Of a stretch of 64,000 bases of DNA, positions 52,131 to 63,400 are shown piece by piece. The stretch spans positions 62,992,001-63,056,000 of the forward strand of contig NC_043007.1 in assembly GCF_006345805.1 (NCBI RefSeq), written 5' to 3'. Position numbers and translations under genes: made by a program. Under the pieces are notes generated by a model. The model was given only the letters and a program-made list of their open reading frames with translations. It ran no database searches and was not told where the DNA came from. The DNA is from Octopus sinensis (lineage: Eukaryota). How positions within the stretch are numbered: position 1 is the stretch's first letter; each line of letters starts with the position of its first letter.

Positions 52131-52879
52131 GTAATTTGCCAGCTTTAAAAAGTTTATTGCTCTAGTAGTTCATGTGAATATTTGCATTTAAAGACTCATC
52201 TCACTGATGCTATATCTACACAAACTTGTGCTGTGTAGCACTTAGAGTATACGATAAACAGTTCCCTTTTCATAAAAAGCAGGTCTATTGCGAGTAGCAT
52301 TCATATATGATCTAATGCCGATTTCTAATAGTTACATAGACTAACTTATCAAAATTTAGTAGCCTCACTTAAAGACACAATAGATATCCAGTTGACTTGA
52401 GTATGATAGCCAGGCAAAAAAAAAAAATATATATATATATATAATATATATATATAAAAAGGAAAAAAACAAGCTAATATAAAATTGTTATAATTCAAGT
52501 AAACAATTTCAAATCTGCATGACATTTTGTCAATTTGGCAAGTCTGCAATTATTTCCTGTATAGAGTTAAATCTGTAGCTTGTGCCTTCAATCTACTTCC
52601 TGTACTGATTGCTTATTTCCCTAATCTACAACTTCCATCATATCCACACAACCAGTTTTTCTCTCAATATAATAATACACACACACATAAAACTGATAAG
52701 TATTGCTAATACAAAAGGCTCAGAAATAATAAAAAATCATAGAAACACTATTTCCATCTAGAGAAACTTAAATGAAAAATCAAAATTGAGTTTTGCTTAT
52801 TTTACATATAGTTGGGGTACATAAACATTTTTGTCAACTGAACATCACTATGATTTCAGCACTTTTCCATAATATCATT

Positions 52880-53330
52880 CTCACCCTACTAAGTGTCTGG
52901 GTTCTTTTGGTGGCCCAGCATTTCTTTTATAGCTTCTACACTTAACCAGATACAGCTGAAGCCATTTCATAATCTCTGCAGCAACTATTATGATTTACTA
53001 CTTGTTGATGATGTATACTTAGCTTTCAGCTTTCTTTCACATGTCTTTGTTATATCCTTGAAACATTCTCTGTTTCCTTCAGCAGTTCACTGATCACTGC
53101 CCTGTTGTCTTTCCTATGTCTAATATCAGCCAGATAGAATATTTTGGATCTCGTTACAAATTCATGACATCCCACCTCAACTGAAAGTACTGTACACTAC
53201 CATTGTCATGCTTCACACAATTCCCTAAGTCCTTCATATTTTAGGCCCTTCTTTTCATGTGATCACTCCATATTGCCATCCCAAGATATTGTCATGTCAA
53301 TGTCAAGTTGGAGCATTCCTTTATTATTGT
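52880..53330 (-). mobile_element. C-terminal endonuclease fragment of a HERO/NeSL-like non-LTR retrotransposon
   Basis: Minus strand IDMTISWDGNME*SHEKKGLKYEGL...SVEVGCHEFV matches the IELTVPWE..ERK..KY...VEVG.RGF pattern of restriction-like endonuclease LINEs. Confidence 0.65.
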
Positions 53331-54399
53331 AATATGGTCTGAGAAAACAAATCTACTTGCACCTCCAATTATTTACACCATTCATTGGTCTGCATATTAA
53401 CTTCTTCATTTATGCTTTTATGTTGCTGTTTCTCAAAGAAAAAAACAGGGAGCAACTTGGTATTGATTTTCATTACATTACTGCTACTGCATTATTTTTT
53501 TATGCATCAGGAAGAATAGTCAAGAATTGGTTCTGCTGCCAGGCATACACTGTGGGAGATGACTTGCATGTTAGCAGAATGTTATAGCATTCACACTAAC
53601 GGAAATCAGCAATGTCACTCTAGCCTCATTGTCTAATAAAAGGAGCAAAAAGTTCTTGGATAACTAGCCATGTTCTCCTCAAAAAAGTTTAATCGATTTT
53701 ATATTCCTCTCCTTTTTAACCCCAGGTCAGCCCTGATTAAGCAAACTTTTGATAAAAGATGTTGGATCAGTGACTAACCTATCCAGGATTACATTGTCCA
53801 GTGTGACATATTTTAAGATGGTTTGGTGGGATTTCAAGGCAATTTAGCTGTCATTTCCAACAGGATGAATGACTACCTAAAGGTTCTTTCATTTGCTCAT
53901 TTAATAGGTTTTAATTTTATGTCCTGAGTTTGCTAATTTGTATTAATTTGGATCTGAACTGTTGGTCCATAAGTTTTTGTTGTAGAACATTCTTTCTAAA
54001 CACTGACCACTCAGGTATGGAACTGGATAATGGTTGCAGGTTTTCACTGCTGTGGTAACTTAAGTAATTAATATGCCTTGCTGTGGATGAGGTAACACTA
54101 TTGATACCATAGTAAAGTTTCAACACAGACTTACATTCAGTAGTTTAGCATTTTAATCTCAATTTTTTATTAGTTATAACTTTCTTATTGTTCATCTCAT
54201 ATCTCCTATGAATGTTGTTGTGGTTAACATTTTCTTTAATTTCTGGCTTTGTAAGAAATTCATCTATTAAATTTTATAATCTTCTAAATTTCTAGAAAAT
54301 AACATTTTTGTTGCTCCTTTTTAAACATGAATACATTAGTTCAACCTGAAAATTGATTGTTGTTGCTGCTGCTACCACATTCACAGTATGTCCAACATT

Positions 54400-54850
54400 A
54401 TTATTTCTACATATAATTTCACATACATGGAAATATTCAAGCAACCAGCATTGAAGTGCAGAAATATTAGTGCATATGCTTTCATTATTGGTGAATCCAT
54501 CACCTGGTTAACACTATTTGTCCCTTTAGTGAAATCCTCTATTGCAAGCATTTGAACACGCTCTCAGATTAAGGATAACTTGTTTTGATGTACAGCTGTT
54601 TACTGCAACCTCCCTTGCATAGTGTTACTGCTTGTTAGGAACAGGTGGGAGTTATTCTAGTAGAAGCTCACCATTGTATATGACAAGCTTAGCCCCTTGA
54701 ATGATACCCAAAGACTGCAACTCTATTTCCTAACAAGTCTTCATGCAATCTCAGACTTCCACCAACGCATAGGTTGTGGTGTCATCCTTTCTTTCTTCCA
54801 CCAATCCTGAAATATATAGGTACTACCTTTTGTCTTTATCTAGAGTGATC
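54400..54850 (-). mobile_element. Possible Helitron PIF1-like helicase remnant
   Basis: Only weak residual similarity (VILNL..VQMLAIE...IFLHFNAG) to a Helitron fragment I recall from octopus. Not verifiable here. Confidence 0.3.
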
Positions 54851-56652
54851 AGAGAAAAATTGTAATGCCTCATTTGAACTGGTGACTTAAAATTACTTCT
54901 AATTAAATTTCCTAATTGTTTTTGGATTTTTTGTTATTTCCTTACATTTTTTAATTCTTAATGTTTTGTATCCTTTATTTGCATAACTTTACCTAATTTT
55001 TACACTACTCACTCCATAGATTTATTTAAATCTCTACTGTAGGTTTCATTTTAACTTCCCTAGTGACATTCTGTAGAGTGACTCCCATAAAAGAAAGCTC
55101 CTTTATTTCTTACATGTAGTTGTTATTGCAGTTATGCTTAAGAAATTTGGGGATTGATAAATATTGATTTGCATTCCTGTGGTATTATCCCCCTATTGGG
55201 AGATTTTCTTTCGCAGCACATCCAGGCCCCAGTTCAAAGCAATTTCAATTAAGACTGTGCTTACATAAGATCTTGTAAAAATTATTGGTGATGGTCTGAA
55301 AGAGGTGTAAGCTTACATGGAAGGAATTAATGACTCCAGAAAAAATAAGAAAAGTCTAAGGCTATTCAATTTCTTTTCCATTAGCATAGGACAAGGTAAA
55401 TCAAAATTGATATTCATACCTTTTTCAAGGACATATGTAAAGCAAATTGCTTACAACTGGACATAAAAAGCCTATTCAAAGGCTTGTGTTGCTTAATTTT
55501 TACTATTACTGTCTATATAGTGGTGGTAAAATATGTAAGCAATTCATTCAGTAGTTCACAGTTTGATTTTAGTTTCCAGATTTTAGTTTCCAGATCGATT
55601 TACTTCAGTAACCAAAGCACCAATACATAAACATCCCAGTTACACTTCTTAACTCTAAATTAGATTGTCGTTATAACTATGCGTAAGGCAGTGGAGTGGC
55701 AGAAATGAGAGAGTTGGGACTTAATTCTTTTCTTGTTCTTCAATTTCTACTGTAGTCAGCTTTACTTTTCATGAAGCAAAGTTGACTCCTAGTGACAATA
55801 AGTACTTGTCATGTACTGAAGTTGACTCATTCAGCTGTATCTTTTCAATACAAAATTGTGGTCTTATGCCAAAGTTAGAAATCATTATTAGAAATAAACA
55901 ATTGTGAAGCATTCTCTAAGTTAAATTCATAGTCTAATTTCAATTCTTATTTCAGGCCATCAAGCTTTATTTATTTGCTTATACTCTTAGGAAATGTATT
56001 ATTGCATCAGCATTCAATAGCCTATATTCTAAAAGTTTCACATTATACAAGACTATTACATTTGTTATTACAAAGACAGTTGGAAATATATAAGGTTTTG
56101 CAAGTTTTCATGCCTCTTGGTGCTGAGTTGTTCACAGGTAAAGGAGATGGTGCTGATATGGTCATCAGATGTGATGAGATGTTCTGGCATGAGTCTAGGG
56201 AAGTGGATGATGAACCTAATTTAGCTCAGATGTTGAAGTAGCTTAAATATTTCTGGTCTGATGTTGTGACACAAGCTAGTAAACAGCCCAAATGAGATGG
56301 ATGTTAGTCAAGGTTAGTGAAACAATCAAACACACCAAGTCAAGTTGATCAGTCAAGGACTTCTATCAACATTCAATTCCAACTACTAATTTTTTTTTCT
56401 CCTTCATTTAATATGTCTTGAAATATTTTGGATATAATGCTTGTTAGTGTTTACATTCTGTTCAAAGAATTTCACTGGCTACCAACATGGTCATGCATAT
56501 AGGTGTATTGTGACTTGGACAACATAAAACAAATGTTTTACTTATTACTAATAGTAACACTATTAGTACCATTCTTGTTGCTATTCATGTTGGCTAATGT
56601 AATATATTGTGCGTTATATAATAATGAGGGTTTTAATCTCTATTCATTTCAG

Positions 56653-56717
56653 AATACAGCGAGATGAAATGAAAAGCCAACATCAACGTCAGCTGTCTGG
56701 TGGAGTTAACAATATAG
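56653..56717 (+). CDS. ena: Ena/VASP family protein, linker exon (RIQRDEMKSQHQRQLSGGVNNIG)
   Basis: ctattcatttcag|A ATA CAG...ATA G|gtaaga. 65 nt, phase 2 to 1, bridges exons 8558-8666 and 58941-59275 without a stop. Confidence 0.75.
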
Positions 56718-57570
56718 GTAAGAAACCATGGCTCAGAAAATATCTTCAAAATCCCTTACAATGGTAGTAGTCTTCATCTCCCACTTTGTCTCCTTTCCTC
56801 TTTCTGTTCCCCCCCTCTTTCTTCTATCTATAATTTGTGTGTGTGTGTGTGTGTTGGTATATTTCTTCATCAAAAACATTCCCTTGGTATCAGCCAGATG
56901 CAACAAATCAAGGAAATAAATATATTATATAGAAGCCTATTAAGCCATAATGAAAACATTTTCTTTGGGGTACTGAGTGTATTAAGACAGCAGTCAAGTG
57001 GGAAAGCTGCTCCCAATAGACAGTTATACAGTCACAGTTTCACTACAACAAAAGCAAGTAAACTCTATGAAGAGTTTACTCTTGCGCGATGCCCCCAAAC
57101 TGTTTGATGTTGGAAGGCCAACATGTTAGAAGTAGTACTGAAAAGTAGAGCTAATGATTTTTCTTAAAGTAAACAAAATAATATGACAAGGCTTTCTTTA
57201 ATATCATTTAATATTATTCTTTAGACATATCTTGGACCTAGACCTGTTTCTCCATCTTTAACGATATCTTGAGTTTGTAATACAAAATTAGTAATTATGA
57301 GGCAATATTTTTTCTGATATTGTCTATACAGGGTTGTTTTGTTTTGTTTTATTTTTTAATTGGTGGTATTGCAAGTACCACTCATAATATTGGTAAATAT
57401 ATTAATAACTTCTTACTCATCAGTTTCGGTGTCTATATCAGACACTCCTAGTATATTATGGTAACTGTTAGTTTGCAGGTGTGGAAATTATTCCAGACAC
57501 AAACTGAAAACAATTTTGACTTCATTCAATTTGTCCTGCCATGGCAGTTGCTATTTTCTTTGCAATTCAG

Positions 57571-57573
57571 ATT
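57571..57573 (+). other. Candidate 3-nt microexon ATT (would create a junction stop)
   Basis: gttgctattttctttgcaattcag|ATT|gtgagt. Consensus donor, pyrimidine tract, TGC at 57549-51 and 57561-63. Confidence 0.4.
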
Positions 57574-58940
57574 GTGAGTATTAGATTTGTGAGATGTACA
57601 TATAATATCCATTTTCAACAAATGTTGTACTTTTTTATGATTGGTGTGAGTTTTATATCCATTTACTATTTTTGCTTTTTCCATTCTAAGAGTGGAATGA
57701 TTTCAGCTGGAGTTGAAGCAATTGTTATAACAATAAAATGTCTTTCCTATTCCTAGCCATCCAGCTGTGAATGAAGTAAGAGTTGAACTTGCTTTTCTTG
57801 GTCAGGCAAACTGGGGCAAACTCAGTTATACATGCCTTGTCTAAGGACATGGTACAATGTATTGTGTTCAACTTTGCTGAGAAATGTACTAATTATGGTT
57901 CATTCTCAGCAAAGTATGATACTTTAAATAATGATCTTAAAATCTTGGACAAGTATAGAAGTTTTTTCTCGATACTTTCTGAATATGAACTCATAGCCTA
58001 GAAGTCATAAATATAGTAGATTACCCAATCAAACACCATACCTGTCAGCAATAATAATATGAATAATGAATTTATTTTATTAAACTTAGACTAATATGTA
58101 ATTATATATAGAATCTTAATTTGTATATCTCATCCTTGGTGCTTTGAAAGAGAAGAAATGGAAAATTATGATTTTACTAAGCATCAGGTTAATTTTTAAT
58201 TTCGGGGTACAGTCATTTGAATAAACCTAGTTTTTACTGTCATGTGATGGGGAATCTCGCATTTTTTAGTTCAAGTCCAAACAAGATCAACAGATACAAT
58301 CAACTGAATAAGCCATAGTATGTACCTAGCACATACTATGCTTAATTGGCTGCTAAGGTTTGAATACAATAAAGGTGAGATTAAAAGACAGCTTTTCCAG
58401 CACTAAGCAGCCTCTGACATCCCTGATGGTAAAGGTGTTGGTGATGCTTTAATTTCACTTAACCACAGAGCTGAAATATTTATGAGGACTGGAACTCAGA
58501 TATGTGAAACATCGATGCACCACCAAATATGAAGTAAGTTTTCAAAAAACTGATTCCACAACCTGTTTCTGATCCTTGGTGGGAAAATAAAGTTATTCTC
58601 ATTTTTCTTTTTCCTTTTCAATCTACAATTTGATCTGTGTTCTCTCTTTTTCTCTCCCTCTCTCTCCTCCCTCTTTTTCTCTCTCTCTCTCTCATTTTCC
58701 AGTTTCTTTAGTTTAAGCCACGTGCTTCACTCAAGATTACAGCAATACATCTGGGAGTGTTTAAGCTAAACTTATGACACTTAACCAATCAATCCAGAAA
58801 ACATTGAAATTATAATCTGCAGCAAAAATAAATGTGTTAAGCGTACTGCTGAGACTTGATTGGTTGACAGAAGCATAAAAATTATGAAAGGCCACATTCT
58901 TATGTTCAGTGTAATAACTTTTGTTGACTTCTCTTTACAG

Positions 58941-59275
58941 GAATGAAGGATCCTTCACCCCAGTCTATGATGATGGCAAACTCTGCTGGAACTCTTAATA
59001 GGGAACAGGTATCTTCTTCGTCTCAGCCGCCTGTAGCACCACCGGTGCCCCCTGCACCACCCGGGCCACCTCCAGCAATGACCGGTCCACCCAAGCCCCC
59101 AGCTGCTCCTACTGTGCCAGTAGCACCCCAGCCTCCACCTGTTGGAGCACCACCACCACCCCCTCCCCCACCACCTCTTCCAACAAATAGCTCGGCCGTA
59201 GCTGCACCTCTGCCGACTGGAGGAGGGGGACTTGCTGAAGCACTCCAGAAAGCCAAGTTAAAGTCTGTTGCACGG
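58941..59275 (+). CDS. ena: Ena/VASP family protein, proline-rich domain and EVH2 G-actin-binding motif exon
   Basis: ttctctttacag|GA ATG AAG...GCA CGG|gtaagt. 335 nt, phase 1 to 0. P9 poly-proline then GGGLAEALQKAKLKSVAR, comparable to Mena GLAAAIAGAKLRKVSR. Confidence 0.85.
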
Positions 59276-62200
59276 GTAAGTTACTTGAGGGAGACTTGTG
59301 ATATCTTTTTGATTCATTCAACCCTGGGTTGTATAAATATATACATGACGTGCTGATAGGCAAAACTCAGTCATGTTAGTCAAGCTCCAACTCTCAAATA
59401 AATTTTCTTCCGATACATATATTGAATACATTTTTCTGATGTTCATAATTATCAATGTTCACTCACATATTCATTGCACACACACACACACGTGTGTTTG
59501 TGTGGTGGAAGAATTCAAATAGGTGTATCATTTTAGTTGTTTATAATGATCTTTAGAGTTCTGATAAAAACTCAAGCAACTTTAAGTTCTTCAGAATGCA
59601 TAGATAGTAGATTAATATTGTTAGTAAGACTGGCTATGCATGAAACATCGTCAGGATAAAAGAAATAGCTAGTTGGATATACTTAATATGTAATGCGTTA
59701 GTTATATGTATTGTTCTCTCTTGGCACTTCATCATTAGTGAATACCGCATAAATTTGTATACTTATTCTTGAAAATGTTCACATTTCTTAAATAAAACAT
59801 TATGGAACATAATATAAAGACAAACTTTTTGTTAGTGGGGCATTTAAGTAATATTAACGCAATGTTAGGATATTTCATTTGGAGGTTTAATTAGTTGAGT
59901 AGATGACTGATTTGTCTCTTGATTAAAGAAGATAACAGGGAGAAAAATCTTAAAGACATTAATTTTTACATACATAAAAGAAGGGTTGCTTAATCAGCCA
60001 TTGTAGCTTAATACAACTGCAGTTAGTACCCAGGTTTGTAATCTCTTTAATTATAACTGAATAGTCCATTTTTTCCTTTGAATACAGTATATCTAAGACC
60101 TTATCATCCCAAGGGCTCTTCCTTTTTATAAGAGGGTAAGGCATCAATTTGGCTACTTCTAGCAGCTTCAACAAGTGCATAGAGGCTTCCCTTATTGGCT
60201 AGTTATACAGATGATTGCTATATAGAGTCGAGTGTAGTTGTAATCCAGTCACATTTCTAAATTATGTTGTAGGTATCTCTATAGAGTTGTACTGTCTGTC
60301 AGAGATATAGTTTCATGCAGTCAGTTGGATCTGTCATGACCTCTCAACTCTCATGTAACTACTTGACTTTATGTTGTAACCAACTTTTCTCCCTTCACTC
60401 AGTTTCAATCATTTAGTCTCTGCTTTAATATATGTGGCAAGAGGAATAAATGTCTGAGCTCTCTAGAATAATCTTGGCCCTTGAGAGTAATTTAGTAAAC
60501 AGCAAGTAAGGTGGTGTTTCCTTCAGTGTTGTTTATCTTAACATTTTTTTCTATTCTCTAGTGAAATTCATTCCCTTGCTCTTTGGCTTTTGTTGCTTGC
60601 ACCAAACTTCAGACAAGCATTTGTCTTCTTGAGAGAAGAATGTTGTTTTTTTTTCTAACTTAAAAAATTGTTTGATTGAAAGAAAACATTACATTTGGTT
60701 TGTGAAGCTTGTGGGTTGTGAGGCAAGAAACTACAAAAAATTAATATGACAGACCATTTTTTGCTGGCTGTACTTAAGTTTTAACATTTTGTGTGGTATG
60801 CCATTTTACTGATTGCAACATACTAACTATAGTTGAATCCAGACCTTCATATACGCAAATGGTTATCTCCCTTATTTCTAAACACTACTATTCTGATTGC
60901 TCTCTTGTTTCTCTCTTAATAATATTTGCAGTGTCTAATCTTTGAAAGTCATTTACTTACGGCTCCAGTTTTTGGTTAATGTTTGCCAACTTAATTCAGA
61001 CAAGTTCATGCATCAGTGTTCTGGCATGGTTGCATGTTGTTGTGAATCTGCATTTTGATGATTTTCTTTTCACTTTTTCATAAGAAATGCTTGTTTTGTC
61101 AATCAGATGAAATTAACCAATGAGTCTTGTGGATCTTACATGAAATATTGCACTCTTTATTGAGTTTTTTTTAATTCTTTTTCTCAAATTTGTTCTTAAA
61201 TGTTCCCTTTCAATTATCTTTGTTTATTTTTAATTATTATATGAGAGATCAATATTTATTTCATATATATATACACACACATTCTCAGAATTTAGTTAAT
61301 TCTTGAACTAAATGTTTGTTAATCATACACTACAAAAGTTTAATTTTAATCATTTTGATATATTTAAAGTGGATATAGATTAACTTTATCAATATTTGAT
61401 GAGTATTTTAAGATTTAAACCTTTTTATTTCTTACTATAATTATTCCTTCTAATTCAACATATCCTTCCACAAAGAAATTAAGTGCCTCACTTATTCTAT
61501 AGTATAGTTACTTCACTATCTATTCTGGCATCTCAAAAACTATCAAAGTTAGAAAATATTTTTGGATAAATTATTTACTCTGTAGGTTTCTTTCTTCAGA
61601 CAGCGCCCATGCTAGCGAGCTACCATTAAAAAAAAGTTTTGTCAGAATTTTTTCTTGTACAGTCTTTATTTTTGGATGTATGCATATGCTAAGTAAGCTA
61701 TCAATTGTAAGAAAAGTAAAATAAAATAGAAATACATTCTCAAGCATATTGACATGGAAACCTAATTTATTTCAGTTGTCAATGGTTATAGCCATTTAGT
61801 AGTATAAAATGCATTCAAATATTAACAATAGTTGAGAAACTTTTAGCTTTCACTTGGTTTTAATATAGGGTCAAATATTTCTTTTGCTAATGTAGCAGAA
61901 AGGGAGAATTATGCATAGAATATGCCTTGTTTGTTTTGTTTTTTTATGTCCAACTTTAGATTACTTGCCTACATACTCTTTCTTCCTGCTACTCAATTGT
62001 TCAGACACCAGCTCTTCTACTTAATGATTATTTTTTATACATGCCATTACCTGATCAATTTCTTGTATTTTCTTGTTTTATAGAAAATCAAAAGAATTTT
62101 CTCTATTAACCCAGCTGCATTTATTTAAAGACAGTACTAAAATTATTTCTTTTCAATAATTCTTAGTGCATTTAATTCTTGTGTTTTATAGAATAGCAAA

Positions 62201-62605
62201 TGAGCCATCTTGTCATTCTTGATTACTTATCACTTAAAAAGCTCTCTATATCTTGTTACTGACACTGTACTGTCACCCTGCCAAAGATGTTTTATATTCC
62301 ACGAGCCAATCCACATAACTGTGAAAAGAAGTACAGATCACTTTCATAGGTAACAAGTACTTTATTAGTGACATGCTACATTAGCTTTCAATTTGGGGTT
62401 CAGATCCTTCCTGGGAGGTAGCTAGTTCTCAATGACTAAACTATGTATAAGCTCCAGAATACTTTGCCTGTCAGTCAGAGTGAGCAATTTTTAGTAGCTA
62501 TCAACATTCACAGGAACCTTGTAATAGAAAATCGTGCTGAAATAATATTTGCTCACTCATCCACCATGCACTTGGATTCACTCTCCACATTCACTCCCAG
62601 TAGTC

Positions 62606-63400
62606 ACACACTAGCTCTTCCACTCGATCATGCATTAACTCTTCTACTCACTCATGTGCTAGCACTGCACTAGCTCACACAAACTCTTCCACTCTCACAT
62701 GCACTAGCTCTTCCACTCTCACATGCACTAGCACTTCCACTCTCACATGCACTAGCTCTTCCACTCTCACATGGACTATCTCTTTCACCCTCATGCACTA
62801 GCTCTTCTACTCTCACACACTAGCTCTTCCACTCTCACACACTAGCTCTTCCACTCTCACACGTACTAGCTCTTCCACTCTCACACACACTAGCTCTTCC
62901 ACTCTCACACGCAGTAACTTTTCCACTCTTGTGTGAACTAGCTCTTCCACTCTCGCGCACTAGCTCTTTCATTCCCATGTGCACTAGCTCTCCCGCATGC
63001 ACTAGCTCTCCCGCTCCCGCGCGCACTAGCTCTTCCACTCTCACGTGCACTAGCTCTTCCGCTCTCTCGCGTACTAGCCCTTTCATTCCCATGTGCACTA
63101 GCTCTCCCGCGTGCACTAGCTCTCCTGCTCCCGCGTGCACTAGCTCTCCTGCTCCCGCACGCACTAGCTCTCCCACTCCCGCGCGCACTAGCTCTTCCAC
63201 TCTCACGTGCACTAGCTCTTCCGCTCTCTCTCTCACGCACTAGCTCGTTCGCTCCCACACACACTATCTTGTTCGCTCTCACGCACACTAGCTCGTCCGC
63301 TCCCACGCACACTAGCTCTTCTACTCCCGCGCAGACTAGCTCTTCCGCTCCCATGCGGACTAGCTCTCCCGCTCCCACATGCACTAGCTCTTCCACTCGT
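62606..63400. repeat. GC-rich minisatellite, ~32 units of 18-24 bp (gcactagctcttccactctcacat)
   Basis: Core cactagctc recurs with a main period of 24 nt. A higher-order block of ~114 bp is present twice (~62945-63175). Confidence 0.95.

Noticed and set aside
55956-56137. Open 182-nt phase 2-to-1 segment with good splice sites
   Set aside because: Composition is that of AT-rich non-coding ORFs (L/I/F-rich) and it borders probable repeat sequence. Not excluded, but unsupported.
8667-56652. Recursive (AG|GT ratchet) splice sites in the long intron
   Set aside because: Looked by eye and found no pyrimidine tract + AG directly followed by a consensus GTRAG.
59023-59363. Minus-strand Gly/Ala-rich ORFs
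   Set aside because: Antisense shadows of the proline-rich Ena exon.
60503-60505. 3-nt CAA segment before gtaagg
   Set aside because: Acceptor lacks a pyrimidine tract.
700-62680. Most 60-110 aa ORFs in the supplied track
   Set aside because: No recognisable domains, low-complexity AT-rich composition or overlap with decayed transposons. No nested gene is supported.
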